A stretch of DNA of 64,000 bases from Takakia lepidozioides (GCA_030704615.1 CM060731.1:82460001-82524000), one strand, 5' to 3'. Counted from the first letter of the stretch, positions 24,413 to 38,514 are shown. Program-made: numbers and translations. The notes: generated from the letters alone by a model not told the origin.

Positions 24413-25894
24413 TCATTAGGCAATACAACCATGGGAAACGTCCCATATCACTGCTATGGGGAGCAAAGGTACACCATCCATAGTTCACTGATTGAGAAAC
24501 CAGCTGCTAAGAACCATACTAGAAAGGGACAGCTAGGCATAAATTTAGGAACAAAGTCTGCCATCTACGGATCCTGACCACAAGGCAAACACGCAGAACT
24601 AAAGGAAGCAAAGGAGAAGGAAGGGAAAGACAGCTGCGAAGCTTATCTCTTAGATCTAAGGGCTTCGAAATTAAGATGAGCTTTAATTTTGGAGTTCCTA
24701 TTCTCGTGTGTTTCCAATTAATATCCTCCTCGAACTATAGGGGGGACTAGGAGACTAGACGGGCCACCATTGATTGGGGACTGCATGATTGAAAGCACAT
24801 TGTTCACCGTTTCTTGAGGAGATGAAGTCGCGCCATCCCCATGTAGAGTCGAATTCTTGAAGTAGCTTGGTTCATTTTTCTTGAGAACATCTGCAAAAAG
24901 CTGCCAGCAGACAACCCCAAGCTTTCCTCCCCTCAATCCAAAGATCAAAAAAGATCTTCCTAGCACCCCCTTCACACAAAGGGAAATCACTGTCATACCA
25001 ATTAGTACAGCGCATTGTTATCCTCTCATTCCTAGCAGTACTAACTGATTGCTATTAATCAATTTCCTCAGTTCCATTATATTCAGCTCCCTTTAGAAAA
25101 TTCAGTTGAGTCTCTTCACGTTTATCCCTTGCCAGAGTTTCACTGTCACATTCAATTCCAATGTATCGTTAGTTCAAGTTTTGTCCTTTCACATTTCAGT
25201 TCCTCGCATTCCTTTTTCAATTATGTGTATATACATTGATGTGAAGAACTTATTAGTACAATTCCTAAACTTCAAAATTATTTTTAAGTGGTATATATAT
25301 ATATATATATATCTTAAATAATATCATTCTACACTCCTATCCATACGGATATAAATTACTTGTACATTGTTGGTGATTGTTTGTTTCATTTCTTTGTTTA
25401 TTTGTGGGATTATGCTCAAACTGCTTCAATATTGTCCTAGTCATAATGAATAGTTCATTCTATATAATCTTTAAAAATGTCAACTAATTAGATCTTTCCG
25501 CTGAGACTTTTTTTGAACTATATGACATTCTTACTGTTCACGAATTTATATACACAAATAATAATTGTTATGAGTGTCGTAGATGAAAAAATTATAATTT
25601 GACAATGTGTTGTGGTTATTTACAGAGATCAATAATTTGTTTTATTGTATAAGCGAATGAATTATGTTTAAAATATTTTACTTAGTACGTTTTTATTTTG
25701 TCTTTATAAATCTTTATAATTTTACAATTGATTATAAGATATTTTACTATAATTAAAAGGAGACTTGTGAACGGTTGCTCCGGGTGTCTTCCTTTAACAA
25801 ATAAATAAAAATCATGAATACTTATCATACGGAATTTAAATCCACCAAATTACCTACTACTATCTAGTTTTGGTTCATAACTTAATCATAATAA

Positions 25895-26037
25895 CGATAT
25901 ATGACACCTCCCGAAAGAAGCCTAAATTATGGTGTCTCTTCACCCCAAAGGGCTACTACCTTCCTACAGGAAGGTGGACACCTTTGTGACACCAATCTAT
26001 GGATCCAACCCACAACCACTTCTGAGGTGGTATTTAC
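25895..26037 (-). mobile_element. tRNA-derived SINE, copy 3, cut by a hAT-like end
   Basis: Aligns with copy 1 over about 130 bp (TAAATTATGGTGTCTCTT..GGACACCTTTGTGACACCAATC..CACAACCACTTC). Confidence 0.65.
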
Positions 26038-26260
26038 CAGTGTTGGCCAGTTCTTGCATTTGTGAAGGAACCTTCGGTTCCAGTTCCACAATTATTTCAA
26101 GAGACGGTTTTGGATCCGGTTCCGGTTTTTTATTATTGAGCCGGTTCCGGATCCAACTTTTAAACATGGGGGTGGTTCCGGTTACCAGTTATTTGCTGAT
26201 AAAAACCACGGTTCCGGTTAGGTTCCGGTTTATATATATATATCTATATATATATTAATT
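26038..26260 (+). mobile_element. Left end of a hAT-like MITE with GGTTCCGGTT subterminal repeats; partner end not seen
   Basis: Starts CAGTGTTGG, like the 8199-8970 TIR; multiple (C)CGGTTCC motifs. Confidence 0.45.
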
Positions 26261-26338
26261 TAATTAGATTTAAAATATTTTATCAGTCCGGGAGATTAAA
26301 TAGCAATGTATTCACATATTTGAACTAAAATCCAATGA

Positions 26339-27990
26339 TTTTTTTTTTTAAGAATAAAAGGGGATTGTAGCCCTGATTATTTTATTTTATTTTTGGTTGG
26401 CCGAAAGGCCATTACAATTCATTTGGGATTATTCGGGGAAAAAAATTGAAACCCCTTTTTTCGCCATAAGGCACACACACCGTGATCAGTGAATTTAGAA
26501 CCCGTACCCTCATTGAGGTTAACTTGAGCCAAAGAGGCCCCGATCTTGGCCCCTCGAAGAGGGAAGTGTTAACCATGGTAACCAGAAACGAGAACCCTAG
26601 GATCTATGCTACTACCCCGGAGGAAGAACCAAAAACCGGAAGTCAACACATGAATACAGAGAGTAATGGCATCAGCGTGAGTTAGTGCAATGCCTAGGGA
26701 TTGGTAATGCTATTACTCCTGCCTAAACTGAAGTCGGGAGGCTTTAGAAGAGCCCTTAAGATGTTTCCAGTTTATCTCTCGACTCAGGCGACGCGGTGGA
26801 GTGTTGTGCGAATACCTCTCCAGCTGGGTGGGGGCACGTCTGGCCAGATACAGGTGTTTGGATTTGCGCTGCAGCAGATGAGGCCTCGATTACCCCAGGT
26901 GGTGCGGAACTTATCATGGGAAGCCCCTGCGATCTCTGGTTTCCGTTGGATATGTGCACAATGTTTGGCCCAAGCCTTCCTGGATTCTGTCCAAAGGTCA
27001 TAGAAAACAGATGTGAGAAGAGCTGACACTGTAGAAATTTGACCAAAGAAAGTTCTGGAGCATCTTGCTTTCCAGAGGTGCCAAAGTGTGCTACCTCTAA
27101 GTGTTTCGAAAATCAGGCAATGAACAACTTTCCTTTTTGTTGTTGCATCATAGTTTAGAAGCAGGATCATGGGAGAGAGAGGAATGAGGTTCCAACAAGA
27201 GTAAAAGTTTTTGATAAATGGCCAAATGATGGCTGGGGCTTGGCATGAGATGAGACAATGTTCGAGGCTTTCTGATGAGCAGCAGGAGCAAAGGAGGGCG
27301 TCTTGAAATTGTAACCATTCGCCCACCTTGAGCACTCTGTTAGCAACTTGTCAGAGGAACGTTTGGATTTTGGCAAGCCTGGACTTTAGCCCCACAGAGC
27401 CCCAGATTGCGGACCAGTTCTCATCTCTAAATCCCAGTTGCCCCCATCTTGACTCCCACTTTGCTTTAAGTGAAATTAGCAGGGACAAAGCCTTGTAACA
27501 TTTTTTGGTGGTGTACGAAAAGAAGGGTTCTGGTTGTCTCCCAAACAGCCAGGCCCATTCGGAAGGATCGAACTGAAACTCAGCAAGGGGCCTGCCAAGA
27601 ATCCAAATAAATGTGGCAGAGGCAAGCCAGGCTAAGTGTGAAAGACCTGGGGGGGGGGGGGGGGTTGGGGATCCATTTCTTTCGGAGAAGTAGACCAGCA
27701 GCAAACTCTGACTGGCGTAAGAGGGTTGGGGGGTAGGATGGCAGGTTCTTGCGAATGAAGATGGAGGGTTAGGGTGAGAGGGTCAATGTGGAAAGCGTAA
27801 GCCACGTGGTTGCGAGAGGTGGATTGGTTAACGAACAGGATGGTAAGAAGGTTGTTGTGAATGGTAAGTGCCCAGTAGTTGTGTGAAGGAAAAATAGGTC
27901 CAGTATTCAGAAGCCCAATCCATGTTTGGTCAATGTTCTGAATAAGGTTTGAGTATGACTTGCTTAGCCCTTCCCACTGTTGAAGCAATG
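26339..27990 (-). mobile_element. L1-clade LINE 3' fragment (zf-RVT region, 3' UTR, poly-A tail)
   Basis: WSAIW..KIQTFL..CSCCSSESLEHCLISC..LWHLWKARCSRTF; T11 at 26339-26349 is the poly-A on the minus strand. Confidence 0.8.
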
Positions 27991-28489
27991 AGATCTTGCG
28001 ATATGACTCCGTTACCCTGCCACAAGTTACCCATTTGGGAGATACCCAGGTTGTCTCATGCTGACCAACGGGTTGCCTCTTTTCGCTGGGAAGGGATTGG
28101 CTTGTTGGTATTAATGGAAAGGTATTGACGAAGGACCTCGAAGTAGTTAGAGGGTTCTTGTTTTTTGAGAAAGAACCCTATTTTAATTAATTCTGGACTT
28201 TTGGCTTAAATCTGGACTAAACTTAATATATATTTGTATGAAATTTAATTGAAATATTAATAATATCATGGTGTAATGTGTGATTGAACTTTGTGAAATT
28301 TCAGGTGATGTCATACTTGTTTCAAAATGTGTCATAGAAGAGGTCCATTTGACATTCTCAATGTGAAGTAGCAGTATTGAACAATTCATTGAACGTCCAC
28401 TTGGAAGTCGAATAAAGTAATATTCCATTGCAGGTCATCATGATAAACAAATGGGTTGCATCGAACATGCGCAAGGTGAAGGGCGAAGA

Positions 28490-29170
28490 GATTTGAATAA
28501 CCATAAATAGTTATGGTTATGGTATGGATACTTCATTCCCAGTTGCAGGGGAAGGGTAAGGGTTTAGACGTAACAATGGCGTAGGGTTTTCCCTAGGGTT
28601 TTCGACAAGGGTTTAGGGCTTGGGTTGAAGGCAGAAATGGTGAGCATACATGCCGGAAGACTCGCACTCGCTACAACTTAGTGTGTGTTAGTATGGTACA
28701 AAATGGAAATTTGGTTACATTGAAGAGATTTGGATAACCAAAATGGTTATAATTATGGTATGGGTAGTTGATTCCCATTTGTAAAGGGAAGGGAAAGGGT
28801 TCTGGGGTATTGGGTTAAGGGTAAATGTTTAGGGTTTTCTAGTAAGGGTTTAGGGTTTTTGTTTAAGTTACAAAATAGACAAACACTAAGTCTTATGGAA
28901 AACTCCAGACTTCGATAGAACTTAGTGTTGTTAGTAGGGTACTAGTAAGCAAAAAAAAAATGAAGAACCTAATATTATGAACAAGTATTTAAATGAAAGA
29001 CTCGTCGTTGGAACCTGGACCTAGTATTAAGATGTAACATAGAAAGCAAATTGTAACATGCCTAAATGCATGTCAATCCAAAACAAAGAAAAAAGCTAGC
29101 GCAAATGTGAAGGGAGGAGACATTTCAATAACCATAATGGTTATGGTTATGGCTATGGTTATGGTATGAA
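28490..29170. repeat. Degenerate ~240-bp direct repeats with ATAACCA..GTTATGGTATG and AGGGTTT motifs
   Basis: Units begin near 28495, 28733 and 29125; scattered TTTAGGG-like motifs. Confidence 0.5.
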
Positions 29171-29874
29171 TAGATTTGGAAAGAAAATGGCGTTATATAA
29201 CGACCTTTGGGAAGTGACTAGATCTCATGGGAGAAAATGGATCTGAAGAAAACATGAGAGAGGATAAAAAGTCAGACCACCAAATAAAAACTATGAGAAA
29301 TAAAAATTGCTTAAATTTTGAACAACGGAAAAGGACATGTGAAATTCCTTCTTAAACCAGGGCCAAAGATGAGAAGTATGAAAATGAAATGAAATGAAAA
29401 TTCGGTGCAGAAAAGTCGTAGAGCTTAGAGGGAAAATGGAGGAAAACCTCATAGAAAAAACTTGAGAACTGGCAAATTGAAAAACTGTATGTCAACAACG
29501 ATTGAGTAAGGCTCCTCCTAGTGGGAGACTTCAGTGGGAGAATTGGTTATGCGAAAAGCAAGTCCAATGTTTCATAGAAGTACTGGAAATGGGCTATTTT
29601 CTTCCGTTGTTAAAAACCTCTTTGACCGAATTTGAAGACTCCAGTGGTCGTGCCCGCCATTTTGTTCTTGTGATCTATATGTTATGTAGGCGAAACTCCC
29701 CCACAGGGTCATCTTTGTTGACCAGGACGTACAGCAGGCCAGCATCCAGCAAACCAAAAACAAAGGACGAGAATGTCCACTGGACATTCGAGGTTCAGTG
29801 CGACATAAGAAGATAACAAAAAAGATCCCCCAACGCAAACAAGAAGGGCCATATAGAGAAGAAAAAATTATTTC

Positions 29875-32800
29875 TTAAATCGAAGTACTGGAGTTGACCT
29901 CAACAATATGTCCTTGGTCTGGAACTCGCTCGCACGACTCGTTTTCTGACTGACGATTAGCCTCCTCCAAATTAGTGCGCGCCTTCACTGCTTCGGCGGC
30001 AGTAATTCTCTTAGTGCTATTCCTTGTCGTATTTTTTCGTGGAGGCATTGTCCACACAACATTGTTCACGTGGATCCATTGAGGAGGATCTGACGAGTTA
30101 TACTCCCAAAGTTTTGACCAACAGTCCCTGTACCTTTCCAAGTCTGTTGGGTTACCACCTTTTCTTGGTCTCCACCACTCCACCTTCACCTTCTTAAAAT
30201 TAGGATCCTCCCTTTCGCGGATCACGTCAGATATTGCCACCCCCATCCAGACCGGGCACTTGGGTCATAAGGGTGAACGAGCACAAAAAACCTTTTCTCA
30301 ATATCCTTGAACGGATTCAGGGATATTCTTGGTCGCTCACACCTCGGGCCATAGTAAGGTTCTAGGATTTCATCCTCTTCTTCCACATCTGGCAATATAT
30401 GTGGATGGATTCCATCTCTGTAATGATTCTTGGACCAATTTGTTTTCGGCCAGAATCCCTCAAGAAGCTGAATACAGTCGGGAGCTTCTGGAATTGGCTT
30501 ATCCAGCTTGGCGAGAATGTTCCCCCAATACTGGTCGTATTGTTCCATTCGAGCTCTGTAATGATCGTCAAGCATTATTCCTTTCGTCCAAAAATCCCTG
30601 TATTTTTTTATTCCATTCTTAATGAATGACTATTTTTCGGAGGAGTCGTCCCCGACTCCCCAGATAGGTCTCCTTGGAATGGCGTCTGGGTCTCCTTCAG
30701 GGAGCTTCGGAGTCCCGTCAGGATTGGACTTCCACATCTTCACGCTATTGTTTGTTGGAAGCCAATCCGAATCAGTAGCGGACTTCTTGTACTTCATGAC
30801 GGGCCAGCCCTCCGCATCCTTAAAAAAACGGAAGACGTGCATCTCCGAAATCTCGACCAACACCTCATTTCCATCCAGAATACAACCCTTGACAAAATTC
30901 TTGAAGTCAGGAACCTCCTGAATAATCTGTGGAATGAACTGCAGATCTTGCGAGGTCATAAAAGACCTCATCAAATCAGAAAGAATGTAGGTGCTTCGTT
31001 CCTTCAGCTTCTTCGATAGGTAGCTGAAGAACCCGTCGATGTCCTCATGGGTGTGTCCGACCATTAAGAACCCTAGCTGGATTTCTTCAAAAACATCTTT
31101 GGCGGTCAGGAGGGATAGAAAAGCAAACATCCATCTGTTCTTATTGTCCTTCGCAGAGTTGTCCATTTGCAAGTACAGTCTTCTCGGAAGTGGACGAGCA
31201 CCACGTTTGTCTTCCAGCCTGTAGGGTTTAAGAGCATCCAAACATCTCGATATACCTCTTAAAAGTGATTCGAAAAACTCGTTTTGAAGTCGGTAATCGA
31301 AAATGTTCCTGGACTCGTGACAGGTTCGCTTCTCCAGCTGGCGCAGGCAACGTGCCAAAGAACCAATTGTAAAGTTTGAATTTCCCTTCCAGAACTCAAG
31401 AGAATACTGTCCGTAAGCTCCATCACCGTGTCCGTGCGTGACCATTCCCGTTAGTGAAACTGGAAGCTGACCCAATCCAGAAATCATCTTATTTGGAGTC
31501 TGTAGCCTTGGAACAGCTGTTTTCCTATGATCCATTTTGTCGTGAATAATACAGAGAAACTCCTCCGGAATCATAACAGACTCATTCCTCCAGCTATGGT
31601 ACACTCTTCTGCACGACTCTTGGTGCCTCAAATGTTTATCAAGCGCTCGTTTGTGTGTCACCTGTTCCGCACTTCTCTTGACAGACTTTCTGATCGGGTC
31701 CTTTAACATCTCACACTCCGTGCACTTCGCAAATGTACTCCCAGTTTTATGAACCTCCACGTTAGGAAATATCCGACTCCGGATGCGGCTAACAGCCGAC
31801 TGCGAGATTCCTTCCAACCCGATAAGTCTGTTGGTCTGTTACAATAAGGCAGCGTCAGGAAAGGAACGTCCACTGGATAGTGGAGGTTCATGAAGCTAGA
31901 ACCAAGTCGAAAGAGACAAAATCGAAGGGAGGATCATCCACATTGAATCAAAAAAATCTTCCAGGAAACAAATTGAAGAATAGAGATTTCATACCTTGTT
32001 GGACTCGTCTCGTATTCGATTCCAGATCATTTTAGGTGGTAAGACTCTCAAAGTATCCCTCCTTCCCTCCCCAACGCATCTTGTCTTATGGGGCATGAGG
32101 TCAGTATTTCCGTTGACAATGGACATAATGTTACCCTCTGCCTGAAGCGTCTTTGGGCATGGCCTCTTCACTCCACGGTTCCTATGGGGACTTGACAACC
32201 AACCCTGTTTACTCAACTTTTTGTACTCCATGTATGTGGACCTGCCAATTCCATGAATTGTCCACCAAGCAGTCTCACATACATCCACACCCTCAATCGT
32301 AACGTATGCCCTGCGAGAGGTCCCTTCCAGCATGTGAAGTCATTTCGAAACATTCAGTCCGTGTTCTCTCCTCTCATCGAAAGTGGATCCCCAAAACGAA
32401 GTACGGATAGCCAAGGTTTTTCGCCAATCGAAATATTGACAACAGTGAAGTCTGCAGCAAGGTTTGCTGCTCACGGACCGGACTTCCTCCAGAGTAAGAT
32501 TCTTCATTCTTTTTTTGGAGTGTTCCAAATCTCGATCCCTCTTCTTTCTCGTAAAATGTCGATACGCCGCTTTCTTCACACCTGCCTCGTGATCTTCGTA
32601 CAAGATACTGTCAGAGGATCTAATAAAATTCTCCAAATCATTCTCCAGTATCTCTTGTCTCCGGCATAAAATCAGGATTCATGTCAGGCCCTCCTTGATA
32701 CTCGTTATTCTCCGCAAGAACTTCGCCAACATTCCACATCACCGGGGTCCCAATGGCCTCCTTCAAGGTGTCAGCATCCATATGTCCATAAGGAAGATGA

Positions 32801-33010
32801 CATAATGAGTGTGCTTCATCACATGAGATGAGAACCACTGAAATGGTTGAGGGAGATAATTGTTGTCCACGACAGGTCCCAACCCCGGAGACATTAAGGC
32901 AGTCCCCAGTGGCTACTGGAGATGAGGACCCGGGAAGAGTAAGAAACACTCTTTGACCCGTCTCTAAGATCATGATCACCGGAACCTCCACTGCACACGC
33001 GAGGTTCAAG
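29875..33010 (-). pseudogene. Sola1-type DDD transposase, frameshifted
   Basis: FAKCTEC, IIHDKMD, LYLQMDNSAKDNKN, FLMVGHTHEDID; upstream CCRLHCC..VCETAWWTIHGI segments and downstream KVEWWRP segment lie in shifted frames. Confidence 0.8.
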
Positions 33011-33058
33011 AAATTGAAAACCCCTCCGTGACGACCTTACTGACAGTAATAAGCAGTA

Positions 33059-35030
33059 TGAGTGAAGACTATATTTTCTTCGAGCTGAGGGGGAGGCCAA
33101 AAAAGTACAACGATCACACAACGAAGTCGGAGACTAGACAATGGAAGGTAAATGATTCATTGTGTTTTCCGTTCATTTTGCTAGAGAACCAAAATAAGCT
33201 CGGATTTAATGTGACGAACGGAGACCGCATTACGAAGCAGGAGACACTACTAAAATAGCTTCATAAGGGAGGGTGCTACAATGAACGAGCGGGATGGTTC
33301 AACATTCGGAAATTCGACATGATGGGGTCTTTTGTAATGTGTCTTGTTTGGTAATGAGATGCTTGTCCAGCTCTTATTTTCCCAATCTATTTATGTTCTC
33401 CACCTGTAACAGTTCCGCAAATGTGCCGCAAAAATACTTGAAACATCATATGATCATGAAAACGTGATGTTGCGGAGAACGCTTCCAAAACTTTTCATGC
33501 TCATTGGGTTTTTCAAGGATTTTCTAGGTACACTCTTGGAACTGTTCCTGGTGGAGAACATGAACAGATTGGACAAATTTGACTTGGAGGAGCACCGCAT
33601 TCCGAAGCAGGAGACACTACAGAAAGAGCTTCAAATTACAAGGCACAACAAGATGGAGGGAGATGAATTAACAATCAAATCATCACTTGGTGTATAGTAT
33701 AATTGACATGATAGTTGTGACTATTGTTTCATCTCAAAAATTAATATCAAATATCGAATGAAATGTCTAACTTTGGCCCTGATAATTTTCGTAGGAATTT
33801 ATGCAAGCATGTCAACTCATACTGGAGATGAGTAGTGTGAAGGAGGCCATGGTTCTGGTTCTCTGTGACGAAGACGTATGGAACCTGTGGGAGGAGGTTT
33901 TCAAACAGTGGGAACAAGGGAAGCTTATTGATATTTTCGGGATTCAGTGCAAGGGTGAACAGCTACCGCTGAATAAAACCGTTATCGCGAAACTGCAAGG
34001 ACTTAATAGCAGGCAGTTGAAAAGAGTGGTGGAGAAAATCCTAAACAGAGACATTTGCATTCAGGGAACGAAATTCAAGGGCGCGGACAAATCCAAAAAC
34101 ACAATGAGCGCGTATATTGACCAAATGAAATTGCGACGGTTTATTATCGACGATGTAATGGAAGTCTTAGGGTGGCCTCGGAGGAGCAAACAAAACCCAG
34201 AACCGTATACCAAATAGGAGTGGCATGATGTTAAAAAAAATACAACTTCAACAAAGCTGAGTTTGAAACATTTCGAGATAGGCTCGGGAACGACTACATT
34301 GTTAGCAAACAGAAGATGAATATGGAGACGCAGCCAATGACTGTTGTATGTCTTGTCGTGCAAACAGACCTTCGAGGATAACCAGAATGCCCTGACGATT
34401 CTACACACGTGCTTCAGGTCCCATTACACACAGCTGGGGGGAAACCAGAAATTTACTGATGCCAGATCACGGTTGGGACTTGCACCAAAGAATCGGTTCG
34501 ACAACATATCCATGGTGTTCGTTAATACAGTTTGTGATGATGACTCTGTTATCTTCGAGGCAGGATGTTTTTGTGACTCGGAAGCTCATGTCCAGTGCTT
34601 TTGTGTTTTTCTCGACACAAGAATCATCGGGAAATCTTGTGTCATACATCTGGAATGGCCCTGGATCAAAATCGTTTATTATCCGACAGGGTTATTACAT
34701 TCCCGGCGAGTTTGAATCACCTTGCAAGAGCTGCACGACTATTTTCTCCCGGACGGTCCTCTGCCTCGACTACGTATTTCCGGCAACAACTGAGGAGATG
34801 GTGAATCCAGATGACCACATTCAAACTGTTTTGTTATTCGTCGACGGACCCATTAATCCCGTTATCCAGGACCAGAGGTAGACCCGCCCTCGCAGGAGAA
34901 GGAGAGTACAGGACTTACAATCATGAGCTGAGGCCGGACACCTACGATTACCTGGTATTTTTTTTTGCAGGGACGGAATGTCTTGTGTGAACATTTTTGG
35001 AGGACGGGCAATGACATACGTTCTGCTTGT
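33059..35030 (+). pseudogene. Spliced cargo pseudogene next to the Sola transposase; C-terminus weakly methyltransferase-like
   Basis: Donor 33148 and acceptor 33794 join ..RQWK|EFMQAC..; ends EYRTYNHELRPDTYDYLVFF/FCRDGMSCVNIFGGRAMTYVLL; several stops and frameshifts. Confidence 0.45.
33330..33630. repeat. Intronic foldback (inverted repeat, ~140-bp arms)
   Basis: CCAATCTATTTATGTTCTCCACCTGTAACAGTTCC pairs with GGAACTGTTCCTGGTGGAGAACATGAACAGATTGG. Confidence 0.7.
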
Positions 35031-37159
35031 AAGTGGATTCTGCATCTTAAAATTGTCTGTTTTTTCAGTTGTCCCGGATTTAACTCTCGTATTATTGACG
35101 GTGTCGGAAATAGCGTGTTTAACTTGTGTCTGATTGTTTCCATTTTGTTAACCTCCTCTGGGCAGTGGGGTTCATGTTATGGAGAGTTGTGGTGTTTTGG
35201 GTGTTTTGTTATTCGGAGTTTGTGTGTGTTGGCTAGTTGTCTCCAAAGAAAGAAGCCTAAACCCTTTCAATCTTTCGATGGTTGGGTGTTCGTCGGATTT
35301 ATTTTGATATCATGTTTAGTTCATTCAGGCAGGAAAGAAATATTCGTGTGCTCGACAATAAAACTTTTTGTTGTAACGAAAATTCTGAAATTGTTGAAAT
35401 CTTTTTGGACCCAAGGTGGAGGCCGATTTAAGGACCTCTAGATTGACAATCAGATTATCTGCCACACGGAACGCTGAAGATGACGGCAGAGACTCACTGC
35501 AGGATGACGAAAGTGGATGAAGAAGATGATGAGAAGGACACGACAAGGATCAGGACGAGGAAGGAAATGGAGGAGAAACTAGAAGGAGGACGACGAGGAG
35601 GAGGAGAAAGACAAAGATGAGACATAATGGAAACTCCGACGTCAAAACCAGATCCCCACCAGGGGAAGGCCGGCAGAATGCGGCTAACGTGGGAAAGGGA
35701 AAGAGAGGCCAGGAATTTCCCGGTTGATAATCCTAGGTAGTACTCCAAATACCCAAGAACGCGTTGAGCCACAAAGATGACACAATCTGAACAGCTCTTC
35801 CTCAGTTCCGATAATACCACGAAATAAGAATCCGGCTTTCAGGGGGGACCAAGACAAGAAGCGACATCGAGGAGTTAGTTGAAACCCTCGGTCAAGGGTT
35901 CACACCTGTGGAAGGTGACGAGCATTGATTATGTCCACCGGATCCGTTAACAATCATCGTGAGCTGGTGTTCCATAATGTCACCCAGGAAGTGGTTCTGG
36001 ATGTAGGTAACGAATGACAATTAGTGAATGTTTATTCGTACACACTTTTGAATACAATATGACAATATTGTAATTATATATACTTGTGAGTGGAATAATC
36101 CGAAGTTTTTTCCATATGACAATATTGTAATTATATATAATCCCATGTTTTTCCATATCCGTCTTTCTGGACTTCCGATAAAACATATTTCCATCCGGAT
36201 ACATATTTCCGTTCGCCACACAGCTCACACCTTTGTGGACAGCCACAAACCGATTTGGATAACTTTTCTTGTAGATCCAAGAATCCCAATCGGAGGAAAT
36301 GACACACACAAGAAACAGGATCAAATGAGACTCAAACGGTGAAGAGACACGTGGATCTGACAGTGAGGGCCAGGTCACCTGAGCTGGTTAACGTTCCGCA
36401 AGTAACCTCCACTGTCCAGTCGACGTTGCCATCAAGGGACGCAGGGATTGAGTCGGAGAATCCTCCTACTCGCGGGGAAGGAGAAGAGACAGAGCACCAC
36501 AATCGCGTAATCAACAAACAGATCCCGATTCGGGTAAAAACATTGGCTTTATTCTTATTACTCTTATTATGGGTCTTTAAGTCTCATCTTCGGTATTGCT
36601 CAATTTGTTAATTTTGTCAGGTCATTTTGGACCACCATAGTCGTCATCCGTGGATTTTTCATTAATTTCCTGTAGATTCGTGAGACACGTCTGAGGAGAT
36701 CAAACACACGAGGACCGACTCCATCGACACTGAGACGGTGAGAGATTGAAGAGTGAGAGTGGATCGAACAATTACTGTCGCTCTATCTAAGCCGGTCATA
36801 CAAGTAACCTCCACTGGACAGTCAAGGTTGCCATCTGGCTCCACAGAGAAGGACGATAACGTTGGACGTAGAGATGGGGAAAGAGGAGGAGCAGCCTGCC
36901 CAGGGATCTCAGCAGCCGACTCCAAAACGGTAAATGATTTCAACTCCATTCTTCCGTTTGTCTACTTTGGGATGTCTCAAATTGAAATAATAATGAACTC
37001 TTCTGTTATTCCACAGGACACCATGCATTACCCTCCAGTCGACTATTCCCTTTCTGTCAATCCACGCATTCCCTTCCTTGGGGACCGAACGGATGTCGGC
37101 CAGGATACTACGTCCTGGTTCTGGACATCGGTTACCTTTGTGAGAGGTTTTCCTAAAGG

Positions 37160-37755
37160 ATGGAAAAGAAAACACCTCCTGCCACCCAGCCTTGTATCTC
37201 CGCAGGGAAATTCAAGTTAGCTACGCAAAACGGTCTTGACGAATTCGTTAAGTGGACCGTCAAAAAGTTTGCCGTTTGTTTTTGGAACACTGGACCTGAA
37301 ATGAACGTCGAGACTATCGCCAAGGCCCAAGAAGTGTTCAGAAGTACTATTCCGAGGCAAAACTTACAGCGGGAGAATCCGTCATGACATTCAACGAAAA
37401 ATGGTCTAAAGCTCCCAAAAATCCCATCTACTTTAAACGTCTTTACGACATTTTCGCTGAGGGACACCCGACGGCTTACAAATCCAATACTCTCCTCATC
37501 GACACTGTAGACAATATGTACAAGTCCTACTTGAACCCGTTAGGACATACCATCTTCCTTCCAAAATATAAGGCGCGCGTGGACCCTGACTGGAATAAAT
37601 TTCTATTGGAAGAGCTCAAGCCTCACCTTAACATGTTCCGGATGTCATGTCGTTCAACGACCTACATCCTTTCGGCGTTTCGAAGGATTTCTACGAGGAC
37701 GACCCAGCGGTCAAATTTCTTAGAGACTTTGATTATAGGTGGTAGAAGTTCTTAG
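37160..37755 (+). pseudogene. FCP1/NIF-like HAD phosphatase pseudogene, copy 1
   Basis: NGLDEFVKWTVKKFAVCFWNT..PIYFKRL..SNTLLIDT..YKSYLNP. Confidence 0.65.
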
Positions 37756-37918
37756 CAATCTCGAGTTGCGTGCCACTACATTGGGACATAAATATTTAAA
37801 TGAGTTGGTGAACTCAGTTTTTGGTTCCTCGGTTGTCCAGTGGACGTTCTTTGTTCACTTGCCTGGTGTCGGTTTTTCCAATGCATTGTACTATTCCCTT
37901 TTATCATCATAAGTATGA

Positions 37919-38514
37919 ATGACTCTCTGGCAGATTGGAGCACATGTTTCTCCTCCTGCGCAAGGGTTGCGTTTGATTATTTTTGACGTGAATGGAGTCT
38001 TGTGCAAAATCTTGAAGCACCAGAAGAGCTACAATGTCCCCCGGTTTTCAGAATCGGACTACAGAATTCCAGCTCTTGTCGGATTCCGACTTGTCTTTAG
38101 ACGGGAGAAATATCGCGAAGTGTGGACAGAGTTGCACAAACACTACCGGTTAGGGATTTGGAGCTCTATGATATACAAAGAACCTGCCAGCCCATCCTGG
38201 ATTTTTTGCTTCGTGGTCTACTTCAACCGGCCTTTGTTATGTCTCAAGAGGATTGTATTTCATGCCCTACTCGGTTCACCCTCAATTCAAATCAGGATGG
38301 ACCCTCCTCATTTTGTTTTGAAGCCACTGGTCAAGGTCGGAAGGGATTTGGTGGGGGGCATACCACCAAGAGTAACACTCTGCTCATTGACGACACCGCC
38401 ATGAAGTGTGTATTGAACCTGCTCGACTCATGTCTTGTTCTCAAAACCGTTCAGACCGTTGAGACTGATGGTTGCTATCTTCTCAAGTTCTTCAGACCTA
38501 TTTGCTTGGAATGA
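37919..38514 (+). pseudogene. FCP1/NIF-like HAD phosphatase pseudogene, copy 2
   Basis: LIIFDVNGVL..LGIWSS..VMSQEDC..LKPL..SNTLLIDDTAMKCVLN. Confidence 0.75.

Noticed and set aside
28560-28870. Interstitial telomere array
   Set aside because: Only scattered TTTAGGG-like motifs inside a larger degenerate repeat, not a tandem array
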